This document shows positions 42,621 to 53,103 of a stretch of 64,000 nucleotides of DNA, piece after piece. Source of the DNA: a virus (lineage: Duplodnaviria > Heunggongvirae > Uroviricota > Caudoviricetes); the IMG/VR virus record IMGVR_UViG_3300034069_000533, positions 65,947-129,946 of that record; one strand, given 5' to 3'. How positions within the stretch are numbered: the stretch's first letter is position 1; every line of letters begins with the position of its first letter. The notes below the pieces were generated by a model. The model saw nothing but the letters and a program-made list of their open reading frames with translations. It was not told where the DNA came from and did no database searches. The position numbers were made by a program, and so were the translations under genes.

Positions 42621-43182
42621 ACAGCTTCAGGTTAGGAATACGCCCGGCAATAACATGCGATGGCGTCCAGTCGTTTTGCACAACCTCATTACGCAGCTTC
42701 GTGCAGATCAGCCCAAGCTTATTGTAACCCCGCAGGCAACCGGGGCTGCCAGCCAGCACCGCCGCGCCCCAAAAGTTATCCTTGCTGCTGCGCTCAACAA
42801 TGGTGCGGTCCTCGGTGTCCCGAATGGCCGGGGTAAGCGTGTGGATATTCTGCTCAATCTTCAGCCGCACCACCCATTCCATAACGGACTCGCGTACCGC
42901 ATCCCAATCCGGCCGGGTGTCGCTGATGAACGCCTTGGCATTCAGCTTGGCGTTAAAGCCATTCAGCCCGGCAAACACCGCCTCTTGCGCCCGCACATTA
43001 TGCGGATACCGGCAAGCCTGATACAGCGCCTCAGAGGAAGTCCAGCCCATGTTATTGACCATAATTGGATAGCCGCTGGTCATGTTGGACCACGCGCCGT
43101 GGCGCTCGCGCGAGCGAAAGAACACCGCGCATTGCACGGCGTAATAGGTTGTCATATCCGGGGCGTCAGGAAGCATTGGCAT
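42604..43182 (-). CDS. NADAR-domain (YbiA-like, DUF1768) protein
   Basis: FFRSRERHGAWSNMTSGYPIMVNNMGWTSSEALYQACRYPHN matches the NADAR core (F...G..SN...GWTSSEALYQA.KF). Confidence 0.55.
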   Translation of the reverse strand: MPMLPDAPDMTTYYAVQCAVFFRSRERHGAWSNMTSGYPIMVNNMGWTSSEALYQACRYPHNVRAQEAVFAGLNGFNAKLNAKAFISDTRPDWDAVRESVMEWVVRLKIEQNIHTLTPAIRDTEDRTIVERSSKDNFWGAAVLAGSPGCLRGYNKLGLICTKLRNEVVQNDWTPSHVIAGRIPNLKLFGAGV

Positions 43183-43185
43183 TTT

Positions 43186-43935
43186 TTAAACTCCTTCTTT
43201 ATATTTTTTCAGTCTATCTCTTGTTTGCTCTGGCGTCAATCTGCTTCCTTTCATTCTGTTGCACCTAAGACAAGATATTTTTAGATTTTCCCATGTGTGG
43301 TTGCCGCCTTTTGCTATGGATACAATATGCTCAATCTCTGCTTTGTTCGCTGATCTAGGCTCAGCTTGAATTGACGTTTCTATTCCACATATATAGCATA
43401 TTAATCCGTCTCTTTTTGCTATGTCTTCAATTGTAATTTTTTCAAATATTATTCCACGAATTGTTGCTTTTCTTTTTGCTTTAGAGATTTTTGCGTTAAT
43501 TTTTACTTTTTCTTTATTTTTTGTTCGCCAAATTTTTGAATTGCATGAAGCTTGCTCTGAATTGGAGTAATGCCATATTTTTGATCTTTCTTTTATTTTT
43601 TCTTTGTTGTTTTGATAATATTTGATTTGGTTTTCTTTGTATTTTTCAGGATTTTTTGCTATCCACTCTTTAAATTTTTTGTTTCTTTTTTGCGGGTCTT
43701 TGTTGGCATTTTTTCTATTTGTTTCTTTTACTTTTTCAGGATTTTCCAACCAAAGTTTTTGCATTCTTTCCCTTGATCTTATTCTTCCGCACTCATTGCA
43801 AACACCGTTTAATGTTTGTCTATCTGACAAATGATTGTTTACACATAATTTTCCTGTAAAATAACTTTTTAAACCAAGCTTTTTGGCTTCTGATCTTTTT
43901 ATAATTTTTTGATTCATTATACACCCATCAAACAA
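43186..43935 (-). CDS. HNH homing endonuclease (low-GC)
   Basis: C-terminal CYICGIE...EIEHIVSIAKGGNHTWENLKISCLRCNRMKG; AT-rich gene with a K-rich N-terminus. Confidence 0.6.
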   Translation of the reverse strand: MFDGCIMNQKIIKRSEAKKLGLKSYFTGKLCVNNHLSDRQTLNGVCNECGRIRSRERMQKLWLENPEKVKETNRKNANKDPQKRNKKFKEWIAKNPEKYKENQIKYYQNNKEKIKERSKIWHYSNSEQASCNSKIWRTKNKEKVKINAKISKAKRKATIRGIIFEKITIEDIAKRDGLICYICGIETSIQAEPRSANKAEIEHIVSIAKGGNHTWENLKISCLRCNRMKGSRLTPEQTRDRLKKYKEGV

Positions 43936-45299
43936 GCCGCAAACCTTGCTCTAGTCAAAGCTACATACATAAGTTGCTGGTATTCAAGCAGCTTATAGCT
44001 AATTAACTTGTTGCAGTCAGGAACGTCAATCAGCACATTTGAAAATGTAGAACCTTGGCTTGTGTGGATGGTCATGCTGTAAACCGGCCGCAAATCGGCA
44101 ATCTCATCCTTGAAAAGAAATAAGTCTTTCCATCGTGCCTTATTGCCCTGCGCCTCAGCCCGAATGCGACCGATGACAAATTGCAACTCTTGCTCATTGA
44201 CCGGAATGTAAGCCGTCACGTCATCGTTGTTAATAATCTGCTCGCCAGTCCACTTGTCGCGGTAAATGTCTGGCTGGTTGCGGACAAGACTGACCTTCCA
44301 TACCGGCAAGTCATAATACCATTCCGGTATTTCAAGCTGGCCGGGGGAGCCTACCCGCTTTTCAAAATAAATCTTTTTGGTGGATAGCTCAATGTCGGAA
44401 ATATACGCCTCCTCATTGGTCTGGAATGCCGGGCGCCCCATACCATCCAACACCGGATTGCGGCACATGACGCGCTCACCCGGTACAAACGGGGTTTCCG
44501 TCTCGCCGTAAATCCAATAACGCGCCTTGGCGTTAATTTCTTTGACCTTATTATTGGTGTAGGCCAGATAACGAAAACTATCGTTATCCTCCCGAAAAAC
44601 CTCTGACGTAAAAGCGTCATTCAGCCATTTATCGCCATCCGTGCCCGCGCAATACACGCCCGATTGGCCATGCTCGACAGTCCGCACCCATGACATATCC
44701 AGCGCACCGCCCTGCTGGCGCCGCAGAATGCCCGCCGCTTGCAGGATGGGGTTATCTGCCGCCTGCCGCACAACCTCGCTCAGATGCGCGTGGTACTCGC
44801 CACCGATCATCCGATCAAAGATAGGCGCGCGAGCTTCACCCACAGGCGGAAGCTGCGCCGGGTCGCCAACGTAAAGCCGGAAATGCCACGCCAAGTCATT
44901 GTCAATGACACGCTGCATTTCGTGGCCGTTCATTGAAGTTTCGTCAACAACAACGGCCTGATATGCGCCGGCCCGGCTCTTGCCGATTTTCTTTAATACG
45001 GTTTTTTCCGTATCACCCGCCGCCGGGCGCAGCCCCATAAGGCTATGCTCGGTCATGCAGGGAACGTCTAGCTCAGCCTCTACCATCTTGCGCGACAGCA
45101 CTTTGACGGACTGATGCGTTGGCCCGACGCACACAACGTTATGGCCAATGTCCTGAATGGACTTGGCCACCTTTTGCATCAGCGTGGTTTTACCTGTGCC
45201 AGAATCACCCGTGAGCAAAACCTCACGGCTCACCCGATCTTGGTAAATCTGCATAATCCGGGCAAACGCGGACTCCTGCGATCCGCTCAGCGTTATCAT
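43917..45299 (-). CDS. RecD/Dda-like SF1 DNA helicase
   Basis: Walker A LTGDSGTGKTT; Walker B VVVDETSM; C-terminal SMTIHTSQGSTF ... ALTRAR. Confidence 0.65.
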   Translation of the reverse strand: MITLSGSQESAFARIMQIYQDRVSREVLLTGDSGTGKTTLMQKVAKSIQDIGHNVVCVGPTHQSVKVLSRKMVEAELDVPCMTEHSLMGLRPAAGDTEKTVLKKIGKSRAGAYQAVVVDETSMNGHEMQRVIDNDLAWHFRLYVGDPAQLPPVGEARAPIFDRMIGGEYHAHLSEVVRQAADNPILQAAGILRRQQGGALDMSWVRTVEHGQSGVYCAGTDGDKWLNDAFTSEVFREDNDSFRYLAYTNNKVKEINAKARYWIYGETETPFVPGERVMCRNPVLDGMGRPAFQTNEEAYISDIELSTKKIYFEKRVGSPGQLEIPEWYYDLPVWKVSLVRNQPDIYRDKWTGEQIINNDDVTAYIPVNEQELQFVIGRIRAEAQGNKARWKDLFLFKDEIADLRPVYSMTIHTSQGSTFSNVLIDVPDCNKLISYKLLEYQQLMYVALTRARFAACLMGV

Positions 45300-45660
45300 G
45301 TTTTGGTTTGATCCTTCTCGCCTTGGCCGCGCGTTTGCGTGCTTTATGCTTGACGTATCTTAGCTCAGCCGCCGCCAGTAGGTCAACGTAGAACATGATT
45401 CGCTCTAGCTTTACCGGATCATGTTTAAGAAATCTTTTAACTGACATGCTGCCTTTGCGCAGATTGCACGGCTGGCAGGAAGCCACAAAATTACTATACC
45501 GGGCCATGCAGCCATCTAGGGCGCGGGGGATTACATGGTCCAAGTGATCGCGGGATGTTAGCCCGCAATCACAATAGGCGCAGCGCCAGCCCCATGCATG
45601 AAACACAGTGTCTTTTATCTGGCGCCGCTGTTTTGCGTTCCGGTTTTTAATTCCGGCCAT
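45223..45660 (-). CDS. HNH endonuclease
   Basis: CAYCDCGL...DHLDHVIPRALDG...CQPCNLRKGS. Confidence 0.55.
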   Translation of the reverse strand: MAGIKNRNAKQRRQIKDTVFHAWGWRCAYCDCGLTSRDHLDHVIPRALDGCMARYSNFVASCQPCNLRKGSMSVKRFLKHDPVKLERIMFYVDLLAAAELRYVKHKARKRAAKARRIKPKHDNAERIAGVRVCPDYADLPRSGEP

Positions 45661-45983
45661 TAATCAGCGGGCGGCTTAATCTCTTGCCACTTGCAGCCAT
45701 GCCAATATCTGATTTCGTGAGGATGAAAGGTGGATACGTCAAAAGTATCTGAAGCTTTATGATACCGCATGACTTCCTGGCCTTGGTCCGGCCTCTTTTC
45801 AGAGAAATTCCACCAACCGTTAGCGTCCGGCTTCGGCTCTGGCGCAAGAATTTCTGCCCATTCGCACCCAATTGTGGCTTCGTAAGCGTGTCCTGTATAA
45901 ATTCTTGTATCATTCCTAATAAGAACAAGCCTACCGTCACGTTTAAGCTCAGACATTGGCTGACCATTAATAAGCTTCACCAT
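45660..45983 (-). CDS. hypothetical protein
   Basis: 107-aa ORF. Confidence 0.35.
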   Translation of the reverse strand: MVKLINGQPMSELKRDGRLVLIRNDTRIYTGHAYEATIGCEWAEILAPEPKPDANGWWNFSEKRPDQGQEVMRYHKASDTFDVSTFHPHEIRYWHGCKWQEIKPPAD

Positions 45984-45998
45984 TTGCTTTCTCCTTAT

Positions 45999-46691
45999 TT
46001 AGCCGCCTCGGCAACCCTTTGTAATCATCGTATTGTCGCTGTCAAGCGCAATATGTCGGGCAATTCGCGGAACACCATCCGGGCCGGTGGTAATCGTCTC
46101 AATTGACTCGCGCGGCACCGCATATTCCCCATTGGGCAGAATGCGCAGCGGCGCAATCAGTCCCGCCTTAACGGTGTCGTCGTTATCTTGGTCATGATAA
46201 TAGCAGGTAAGCACCTGCACCACATCGCGCGAAATAACCTCAGCAATAATTCGCATTGCGACAAAGCCACGAAAACGAAAGGCGCGGTCGGCGCAAGCTT
46301 GCATAAGCTGCGGCTTGGTCCGGCGCCGGAAGCCAAGCCGCCTGCCCTCGGTGTGAACGAAGTTGGCATGCACAAGCTCGCCCATGGCCGCACAGTGGCG
46401 CATGCGCTCCGCATTGTCGGGCAGGTTCATCCCAAGCCCCATATGCGACACGCGCCGCAGGTACGTCCTGATTCCGGCCTCCCAAGCCGCGTCCAGCGCC
46501 GCCGCTTCCTCTGGCGTCTCGCTCTCACCGGGCACGCGCGGCACCACAGCACCCGCCGTGACCGGGTAATATGTTTCCGACCAATGCAGGTCTAACGCAG
46601 GCTCAAAGCCCCATGCCGGGCCAGGATCGGTCGCACGCGCGGCATGGAGGCCAGCCAGGAGGCCAGCGGTAGCCAGGAGAAATTTACGCAT
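45999..46691 (-). CDS. secreted hypothetical protein (signal peptide)
   Basis: MRKFLLATAGLLAGLHAARA signal sequence; 230 aa. Confidence 0.4.
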   Translation of the reverse strand: MRKFLLATAGLLAGLHAARATDPGPAWGFEPALDLHWSETYYPVTAGAVVPRVPGESETPEEAAALDAAWEAGIRTYLRRVSHMGLGMNLPDNAERMRHCAAMGELVHANFVHTEGRRLGFRRRTKPQLMQACADRAFRFRGFVAMRIIAEVISRDVVQVLTCYYHDQDNDDTVKAGLIAPLRILPNGEYAVPRESIETITTGPDGVPRIARHIALDSDNTMITKGCRGG

Positions 46692-46718
46692 TTTCGTTTT
46701 CCTTCTCAGTTTGTTTAT

Positions 46719-46889
46719 TTAATCTTCGTCGCCAGCCTGCGTCAGCAAGTCAGCCTTGGCGGCATCTTCGGTTGCGCCCCAACCTTCCGGCTGTGTGTCG
46801 TCAGCGTCAAACCGGGCGAAGCGCGCCCGGTAATCAAAGCCGCGGTCAGGGACCGGCGGATTCTCGAACGTTACCACAATTTTTGGCAT
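46719..46889 (-). CDS. hypothetical 56-aa acidic protein
   Basis: Found behind a consensus cassette (46890-46946); not in the ORF track. Confidence 0.35.
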   Translation of the reverse strand: MPKIVVTFENPPVPDRGFDYRARFARFDADDTQPEGWGATEDAAKADLLTQAGDED

Positions 46890-46946
46890 TTTCTTTCCTT
46901 CTTAACGCCAACAGATTTAACGTGCCAAACGCTTTGCGTCAACACC
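46890..46946 (-). promoter_or_regulatory. consensus promoter-operator-leader cassette
   Basis: Same cassette; precedes a 56-aa gene. Confidence 0.5.
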
Positions 46947-46951
46947 TATTT

Positions 46952-49615
46952 TTAGTCTTCTTCTGCCTCCATCCCATCCGGCCGATGCACGGCGATGTGG
47001 TCCTTATGCACCCACGCCTTACGCTCGCGTCCGCCGGTCTTAATTGTAATCCAAAACAAATCGCCCGCCTGCGCCGCTAGCTCTTGGATTTCTTCAAGCA
47101 GCTTCTTTGGTAGGCGCCCGGTCGGTGCCCGGCTAACGTCGCGCTGCGTCATGCCGCGCTCGCCAGAGTTGCGCACAAGCTTAACAAACGTGTTGTAGTC
47201 CCGCTGAAACGGGCTATCGGCAATGTTGTCGGATACCGCGTCCATGCGCTCGACTGTGGCGCGCGACAGGTCAACCGCCCAACGCATCGTCTCAGCATCC
47301 ACATTCAGCGCGCTTTCGTTAATAAAAGGCCCCATGTCGGATGCGGTGGGCAGGATCGCACACGCCCGGATAAGCGCAAACTTCAGCGCGTTTTCCATCG
47401 CACGAACGTACAGCGCATCTTTGCCGCGCTTTCGCGCCTTAAGTTTGGCGTCGTGAATTTCGCCCTCAAAATCCTCAACAATTTTCTTCGCTTCATCGCT
47501 AACGCTGACTGTGCGCGGCTCCAACAACTGCGTACCGCCAAAGCGATGCAGCGGATTTTGGATGGGCGATACCTTGGTCCATGCTGTTAGCCAGTCCGTC
47601 ACCACGCTTGGCACCGGCAGGTTGGCCGGCACGCGGATGCGTTCGTCTCGGTCGCCGGCATCAAACAGCACCATACGCGACAGCAAGCCATTGTTGAGGT
47701 CAGCAGAGGTCAAGGCGCCCGTGATACCGGCGGGTGTTGACGTGCCGTAAAATGATGCGCAAGGCTGGTCTATAATCTTAACCAACTTGGTATCGGCATA
47801 CGATTTGCTTTTGTAGGTGCCTTTGCTGGCGGAATACAGCTTAAGCAGCGTGCCGATAATGCCCACCATATGCGGCCCGGCTTGCTTGCTGTTGGCGGCG
47901 TTAATCATGAATGACGCTTCATCAACTAGCATAAGCTGACGCGGGTATTCTGCGATTGAGTTGACGATGCCGCTATCTGACACCATTTCCTCAACGCCAA
48001 TCAATTCCTCTGTCAGCCCGGCGGATCGCGCCATTTCCTTGACGCATGACATGGGATGCTCTTTGCCGGCGCCGGAATAGGCAATGCCCAACGCATACAT
48101 ATTCGGGCGAGTATTCCAGTATTCCAACTTGACGCGCTGGCCAATCGCGCTGGCCATGAATGCCAGCACACAGCCCAAGGTTAGCGTTGGCTGCGGCTTC
48201 AGCGCGGTAGCCAACACCCATTCGGTCATCATGCCAAGCACACCCGGCAAGCCCTCATACATGGCAGGCGTAACGTTGGAGCCAGTATCCAACGGCTCGG
48301 TTTTAAGCGCCCGCTTGGCGGCGCTCTGGATCAAAGCAGACGGGTCAATCTGCGGCGCGTCCGGCAGCAAGAATGCCGGGTCCGTCAGGTCGGACACCCC
48401 AAGCTTGCCCGTCGCCAACAGCGCGTGCAGATGGTCCAGCCGATCTAGGCCGACGCAGCCGTTGTGCCGACAGTTAATGACGAAGCCGCTGCTAATGCCC
48501 GGCATATGCGCTTGCTCAAGCTGGCTGGCATTGACCGCAAACGTGCCGGTGCCTTCCGCGCCTTGCGTTACATGCTCTGCCGAATTCGGACAAATCAGAT
48601 GGTGTTTGACGCCACTAACCCGTGTAGAAAACACGCTTGGCGCCCGCGTCTTAAGTGCGGTAACAACCTCAAACCGTAGCGCGTATTTTGCTGCCCACGT
48701 TGTCAGGTCAACGAATTCGCCAGCCGGACTAACGAATGTCTTATGGTTGGCGTTGACCGCCTGCAAGCTTGGGCGTGGCGGCGCGTCGAATAACGTTGCT
48801 GCCTTTTGCGCATTGCGATCCGTGATGCGCTCAGCATCCGGCAGGCTCCACAAGTCGCAATCGTCACCATCAACAACCCGGTGCAGGAATTCTTGCGTCT
48901 CATCCCGCCGTCTCGGCAGGTAGAACAGCCGCGACGTGTCAACGCAGGATTGGTCGTGGTCTAGTCCAAGCGCATACGCCAAAGCGCCAATGCGCTCGCG
49001 CCACTTCTGATTTGCGACGGTTTGGTTTTCGTAATTCTCAGCCTGCCAGGGCGTGACAAGCGGCAGGATGATACGAAACTTCGGACACGGCTGATGCTTA
49101 ATCAGATAATTCCGATTGTCCGGGTTGTTTTGGTCTATGACTTCATCAACAATGGCCGCGCCATGCATGACGCGCGGCAGATAGCCGCGCTTGGCTACCA
49201 TGTATGCGCCAATAGGAGCGCCGGAATTCTCAGCAAGCCATTTGTCAGCCGGCTTGGCCGCAATCAGGCTGGTATCGGTCAGGTGCGAAAACGTGCTGTG
49301 GATGATTGCCCGCCAACCCTTCGCCGCAAGCGAGGCGCGGATTTCCTCTAGCGTGTGGCCGCTGTCAGCGTCCAACACCACCACATCAATGCGGCTGGCT
49401 TGGTCCATGCGCCGGACGTAGCCGCTGAACAGCGCAGGCGTGTAACACTCGCCATCTTTCGTCCCAACAGGCGACGTGCTGAGTAGGTCGGCAAACTGCG
49501 CAAACGACATTTCGCGCTGGTCAGTCCAGCGCATTTCAGAGCGCGAGCGCCCAAAGGTGAATCGGAACGGCGCGGACTCGGCAAACTGCCGAACGTCAAA
49601 CAGCAGCGGGGCCAT
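46952..49615 (-). CDS. putative AEP-type primase-polymerase fused to a P-loop helicase-like C-terminal region
   Basis: 887 aa; N-terminal VVVLDADSGHT (AEP DxD motif); later GIAYSGAGKEH P-loop. Confidence 0.45.
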   Translation of the reverse strand: MAPLLFDVRQFAESAPFRFTFGRSRSEMRWTDQREMSFAQFADLLSTSPVGTKDGECYTPALFSGYVRRMDQASRIDVVVLDADSGHTLEEIRASLAAKGWRAIIHSTFSHLTDTSLIAAKPADKWLAENSGAPIGAYMVAKRGYLPRVMHGAAIVDEVIDQNNPDNRNYLIKHQPCPKFRIILPLVTPWQAENYENQTVANQKWRERIGALAYALGLDHDQSCVDTSRLFYLPRRRDETQEFLHRVVDGDDCDLWSLPDAERITDRNAQKAATLFDAPPRPSLQAVNANHKTFVSPAGEFVDLTTWAAKYALRFEVVTALKTRAPSVFSTRVSGVKHHLICPNSAEHVTQGAEGTGTFAVNASQLEQAHMPGISSGFVINCRHNGCVGLDRLDHLHALLATGKLGVSDLTDPAFLLPDAPQIDPSALIQSAAKRALKTEPLDTGSNVTPAMYEGLPGVLGMMTEWVLATALKPQPTLTLGCVLAFMASAIGQRVKLEYWNTRPNMYALGIAYSGAGKEHPMSCVKEMARSAGLTEELIGVEEMVSDSGIVNSIAEYPRQLMLVDEASFMINAANSKQAGPHMVGIIGTLLKLYSASKGTYKSKSYADTKLVKIIDQPCASFYGTSTPAGITGALTSADLNNGLLSRMVLFDAGDRDERIRVPANLPVPSVVTDWLTAWTKVSPIQNPLHRFGGTQLLEPRTVSVSDEAKKIVEDFEGEIHDAKLKARKRGKDALYVRAMENALKFALIRACAILPTASDMGPFINESALNVDAETMRWAVDLSRATVERMDAVSDNIADSPFQRDYNTFVKLVRNSGERGMTQRDVSRAPTGRLPKKLLEEIQELAAQAGDLFWITIKTGGRERKAWVHKDHIAVHRPDGMEAEED

Positions 49616-49880
49616 CTGTTAAAAACCGTTCAACAAATTGCGAATCAATGGATCGCTGCCGCCACTTCGGGTATTAAGCACATAAGCCATTGGTTGCTAC
49701 CTCTTGGCGTCTGCTTGAAAGCCCGGCCCCGCAAGCGCTGCGAACGCTTCGCGGGGTCGTTGGCGTTATGGGTTGCTCTCAGCCCGGCCAGACGGCCGAG
49801 ACGGGGCAGGCATCATCCATGGAATCTCTGTTCGTTGGCATACATTCTTCCTTCATCTTTGCTTGCGTTGTTGCGTAAGC

Positions 49881-50090
49881 CTAAGCATAAATGGAACCGG
49901 GCTGCCCTGGTTCGTTGCTGTTAGTGCAGGCTAGCCGGTGGTCGCTGTGGTGTGGACACCGCTTGTTGCCACATACCTCGCAGGCATAGCGAAATCGCTG
50001 CCAGGACAGCGCGTCAAGCGGTCCAATTTCTTCCTTCTCGCGCCATTTCCGGCGGCAGCGCAGGCATTCACAATCCGGGCGCTCAGTCAT
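49881..50090 (-). CDS. small Zn-finger protein
   Basis: CECLRC...CEVCGNKRCPHH. Confidence 0.3.
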   Translation of the reverse strand: MTERPDCECLRCRRKWREKEEIGPLDALSWQRFRYACEVCGNKRCPHHSDHRLACTNSNEPGQPGSIYA

Positions 50091-50427
50091 TCCCCTTCTC
50101 CCCTTCCACTACCATCAGCTTCCAAATCTCGCTCCAATCTTTGTCATGAGAATGCGCGCTGAAACCACATTTACGAATTGCGGGCGTTGCCTCACGCGGC
50201 ACTAACGCATAGCGCCGGGGCACGCCATACATGCCGCGCTCGCCAATGGCCTTAGCCACCGCCTCTGGCGCTTTCATCCCAAGCTTCGCCACATTGAACG
50301 CAGCCAGGGCAGCAAAATACATGGCACCGGCAACGCCCTCGCCCTGCGGCGCGGCTTCGTAAGCGCCGTAAATCGCTGCCTCTAGCTCATCCCGCAAATC
50401 ATCATCTGACATGTTGCTTTCCTTCAT
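50083..50427 (-). CDS. hypothetical protein
   Basis: 114-aa ORF. Confidence 0.3.
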   Translation of the reverse strand: MKESNMSDDDLRDELEAAIYGAYEAAPQGEGVAGAMYFAALAAFNVAKLGMKAPEAVAKAIGERGMYGVPRRYALVPREATPAIRKCGFSAHSHDKDWSEIWKLMVVEGEKGND

Positions 50428-50684
50428 GTTGGAACATACGGCGTTATTTTATTCATTGCATTATTTGCGGCCGCATTCTTTTCAACCACGCTATCAACGT
50501 AGCCGCCGCATACCGTGCGTATAAAAGTCTGCCATTCGTCGTGAGTCAAGGTTGATAAGTCGGTTTTCTTTATTTCGTCTAAATACTCGCCGCCAAGGTT
50601 TCCAGCATCATCCATGGCGGCTAATTCTAAATCGGTCGGGTCAATCATTTTTACCTCTGATAGTTTGGATCGTAATATTTGCAC
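50424..50684 (-). CDS. hypothetical protein
   Basis: 86-aa ORF. Confidence 0.3.
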   Translation of the reverse strand: MQILRSKLSEVKMIDPTDLELAAMDDAGNLGGEYLDEIKKTDLSTLTHDEWQTFIRTVCGGYVDSVVEKNAAANNAMNKITPYVPT

Positions 50685-50817
50685 TTATTAATATCTACGC
50701 ATTCGCCGCCGGGATAGGCGCACAGCATACAATCGTATTTTGATTCCTTTATGTTGTCCTCCAACATTGCAGGCTCTTTCTTTTGCGGCGCGAATAGTCG
50801 CTTAATCCAAGTCATCA

Positions 50818-52503
50818 TCATATGAATCGCGCCCCTACAACGTTAATGTATTTACCATCCGGCTTTAGCTGAATCTGCGACGGCCAACGCAATTCGCCAG
50901 TCCGGCCCATGGCTTCCGTCACGCTGCCAGGAATGCCGCCGCTGGATCGCTGACGCCACCACATTTCCGCTTTGCTGCGAGGCCAGCCCATGTGGTCCAG
51001 CATGACGTTTTCATTGTGCCGGTTTAGTCCGCAATGATACGTCACCTTCAGCATAGGAAGGTTGGTCTGACGCGATACGGTCTGCGAATACGTTACCTTA
51101 TTCACATCAACCCATTCCGCCGCTTTCTGCTGAATAGACAGCATCGGCGCGACAAATGCCGTGGTGGAAATCTTGGAGCCTTCAATGTCGAACGGAGCGC
51201 CGCATGTGCTGCACTCGCGCGCCGCGATGAAGTTGTCAGCGCCGCACACCCGGCATGCCTTCATCGGCATTTCGCCGCCACCCTTGCCGGGCGTCTTCAC
51301 GTTCGGCTTGTCAATGAAGCCGTGGCGTTTGATGTTGCCGCCGAAGTCCAGCACAAGGCAATCAGGCTTCGGGCCAGCCGCCATCGCCGCCAACCGCCCG
51401 TCAGCGGTGTCAAGGTCGTAGCCGTCCGCATACAATGGCCGAGTGCCGCGCCCGCAAATCTGGATATACAGCCCGGTTGATTGCGTCGGTCTGGCCAGCC
51501 CGATTAGGTCAACGTGCTTGGCGTTGAAGCCAACCGCAAGCGCGTTAACAGACAACAGACAACGGATTTCCTTTCTTTTAAATCGCTCAATTAAGCTGTC
51601 ACGCTCAGCCTTCTTTGTAATAGCGTAGACGCCGTGCGCCGAGAAGCCGCGCCGCTGGATCGCTTCGGCCAGCATTTCGCAATGCTTGACGCCAGCACCA
51701 AACACGATCCAGCCATGCCGGTTGGCGCCTTTGCGGCAAATTTCCTCAGCGATGGAATCCACGGTCTGCGGGTCCATGGCGACAGCTTCAAGCTGGCCGG
51801 GGATAAACTCGCCGCCCCGCACGCCAACGCCCGTGGTGTCAATCTGCGTCTCTGATGCTTCGGATTTCGGACAGGCAAGATAGCCGTCCTTAATCGCCTC
51901 AATAATCGAATACTCGTAACAGACTTCATCAAACATGGCGTCATCGCCATCCGTCAGCCGTCCGCTATCAAGCCGGTAATCGGTCGCGGTCAGCCCGGCA
52001 ACCCGCAGCTTGTTGCCGTTAATGCGGTTAACATCGTTAAAAAACTTCAGCCACATGGTATTTTCATCGCGCGGAATAGACTGCGCTTCGTCAACCAAAA
52101 CAATATCAACCCGCTGCAAAGCAAAGGCAGATTTGTGCATGCTCTGAATAGAGCCAAAAATAACGGTGCTGCTAACGTCACGCTTGCCCAAACCGGCGTT
52201 GTTAATACCGGCAGGGCAGTTTGGCCATAATTCTATCATCTCTTTGTAGTTTTGGGCCACTAGCTCCTTAGCGTGGGTAAGCACCAAAATTCTACAATCA
52301 GGATAGTCAAGCATTACCCTTTGCACAAACAAGCAAATGATAAGAGCCTTGCCCGTTCCTGTCGGGCAAACCACAAGAGGATTGCCGTCTTTATTAATCA
52401 AAAAATCCCATAAGGAATTAACCGCATCCTCTTGGTATGGACGCGGCTTAAGCGGTGTGTGATTCGTCGTTTGCAGCGCAAGCCGCTTCATCGGCATATG
52501 CAT
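50818..52503 (-). CDS. SF2 DEAD/DEAH-box family DNA helicase with C-terminal Zn ribbon
   Basis: PYQEDAV, motif I VVCPTGTGKA, motif II VDEAQ, motif VI QICGRGTR, C-terminal CRVCGADN...CSTCGAP. Confidence 0.6.
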   Translation of the reverse strand: MHMPMKRLALQTTNHTPLKPRPYQEDAVNSLWDFLINKDGNPLVVCPTGTGKALIICLFVQRVMLDYPDCRILVLTHAKELVAQNYKEMIELWPNCPAGINNAGLGKRDVSSTVIFGSIQSMHKSAFALQRVDIVLVDEAQSIPRDENTMWLKFFNDVNRINGNKLRVAGLTATDYRLDSGRLTDGDDAMFDEVCYEYSIIEAIKDGYLACPKSEASETQIDTTGVGVRGGEFIPGQLEAVAMDPQTVDSIAEEICRKGANRHGWIVFGAGVKHCEMLAEAIQRRGFSAHGVYAITKKAERDSLIERFKRKEIRCLLSVNALAVGFNAKHVDLIGLARPTQSTGLYIQICGRGTRPLYADGYDLDTADGRLAAMAAGPKPDCLVLDFGGNIKRHGFIDKPNVKTPGKGGGEMPMKACRVCGADNFIAARECSTCGAPFDIEGSKISTTAFVAPMLSIQQKAAEWVDVNKVTYSQTVSRQTNLPMLKVTYHCGLNRHNENVMLDHMGWPRSKAEMWWRQRSSGGIPGSVTEAMGRTGELRWPSQIQLKPDGKYINVVGARFI

Positions 52504-52515
52504 TAGCTATTCCTT

Positions 52516-52770
52516 CTAACTGGCGAAATTGCGCGCCTTCTTTGCGGGCGGCTGCGGTATCTGTCGCCATTCTAGGTGATTGGTTACTTCGGTTTGCTGG
52601 ATAGCGACAAACCCGCCGCCGTGTTTGAATCCGACAATAATCCATGAACCGCTGCCACCCGCTGCCTGCACACAATCGCCGGGGCGCAGGTTGGCAAATT
52701 CTTCTTCAGTCAATTTTATTAATCCTTCTTTTCCGTTTGCAACCCTAGCAGCCTCGCCGCCGGGTTGCAA
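52516..52770 (-). CDS. hypothetical protein
   Basis: 84-aa ORF. Confidence 0.3.
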   Translation of the reverse strand: MQPGGEAARVANGKEGLIKLTEEEFANLRPGDCVQAAGGSGSWIIVGFKHGGGFVAIQQTEVTNHLEWRQIPQPPAKKARNFAS

Positions 52771-52791
52771 GATTTTCAGCGATTGTTCCGC

Positions 52792-53103
52792 TTACTGACC
52801 AGCACGCTTGCGGAATTCTTCGTCCGGCGCCCGGAGCGCTTTGGCTAGGTAGCTGTAGCACGCCAGGGTGCCGCGCTCCCGCAGCATGTCGCTTGCCTGC
52901 CGGGTCGCCATCATGGCCGCTGCCGCCTCCGCAGGGCTGCCAGGAGGCCCGCCCATGGACTTCCGCACCACCACACGCGCGGTTGCCTCGCAGGGGTCCA
53001 CAGCGCCCGCAGCGACGAAGGGAAAGCCAAGCCCGATAGCGGTCAGAGTTGAAAGCGTGACAAAGCCAATAACCAAGCCGCGCTGTAAATTAATGTTGCT
53101 CAT
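52792..53103 (-). CDS. small membrane/secreted protein
   Basis: N-terminal hydrophobic LVIGFVTLSTLTAIGLGFPFVAAGA. Confidence 0.3.
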   Translation of the reverse strand: MSNINLQRGLVIGFVTLSTLTAIGLGFPFVAAGAVDPCEATARVVVRKSMGGPPGSPAEAAAAMMATRQASDMLRERGTLACYSYLAKALRAPDEEFRKRAGQ

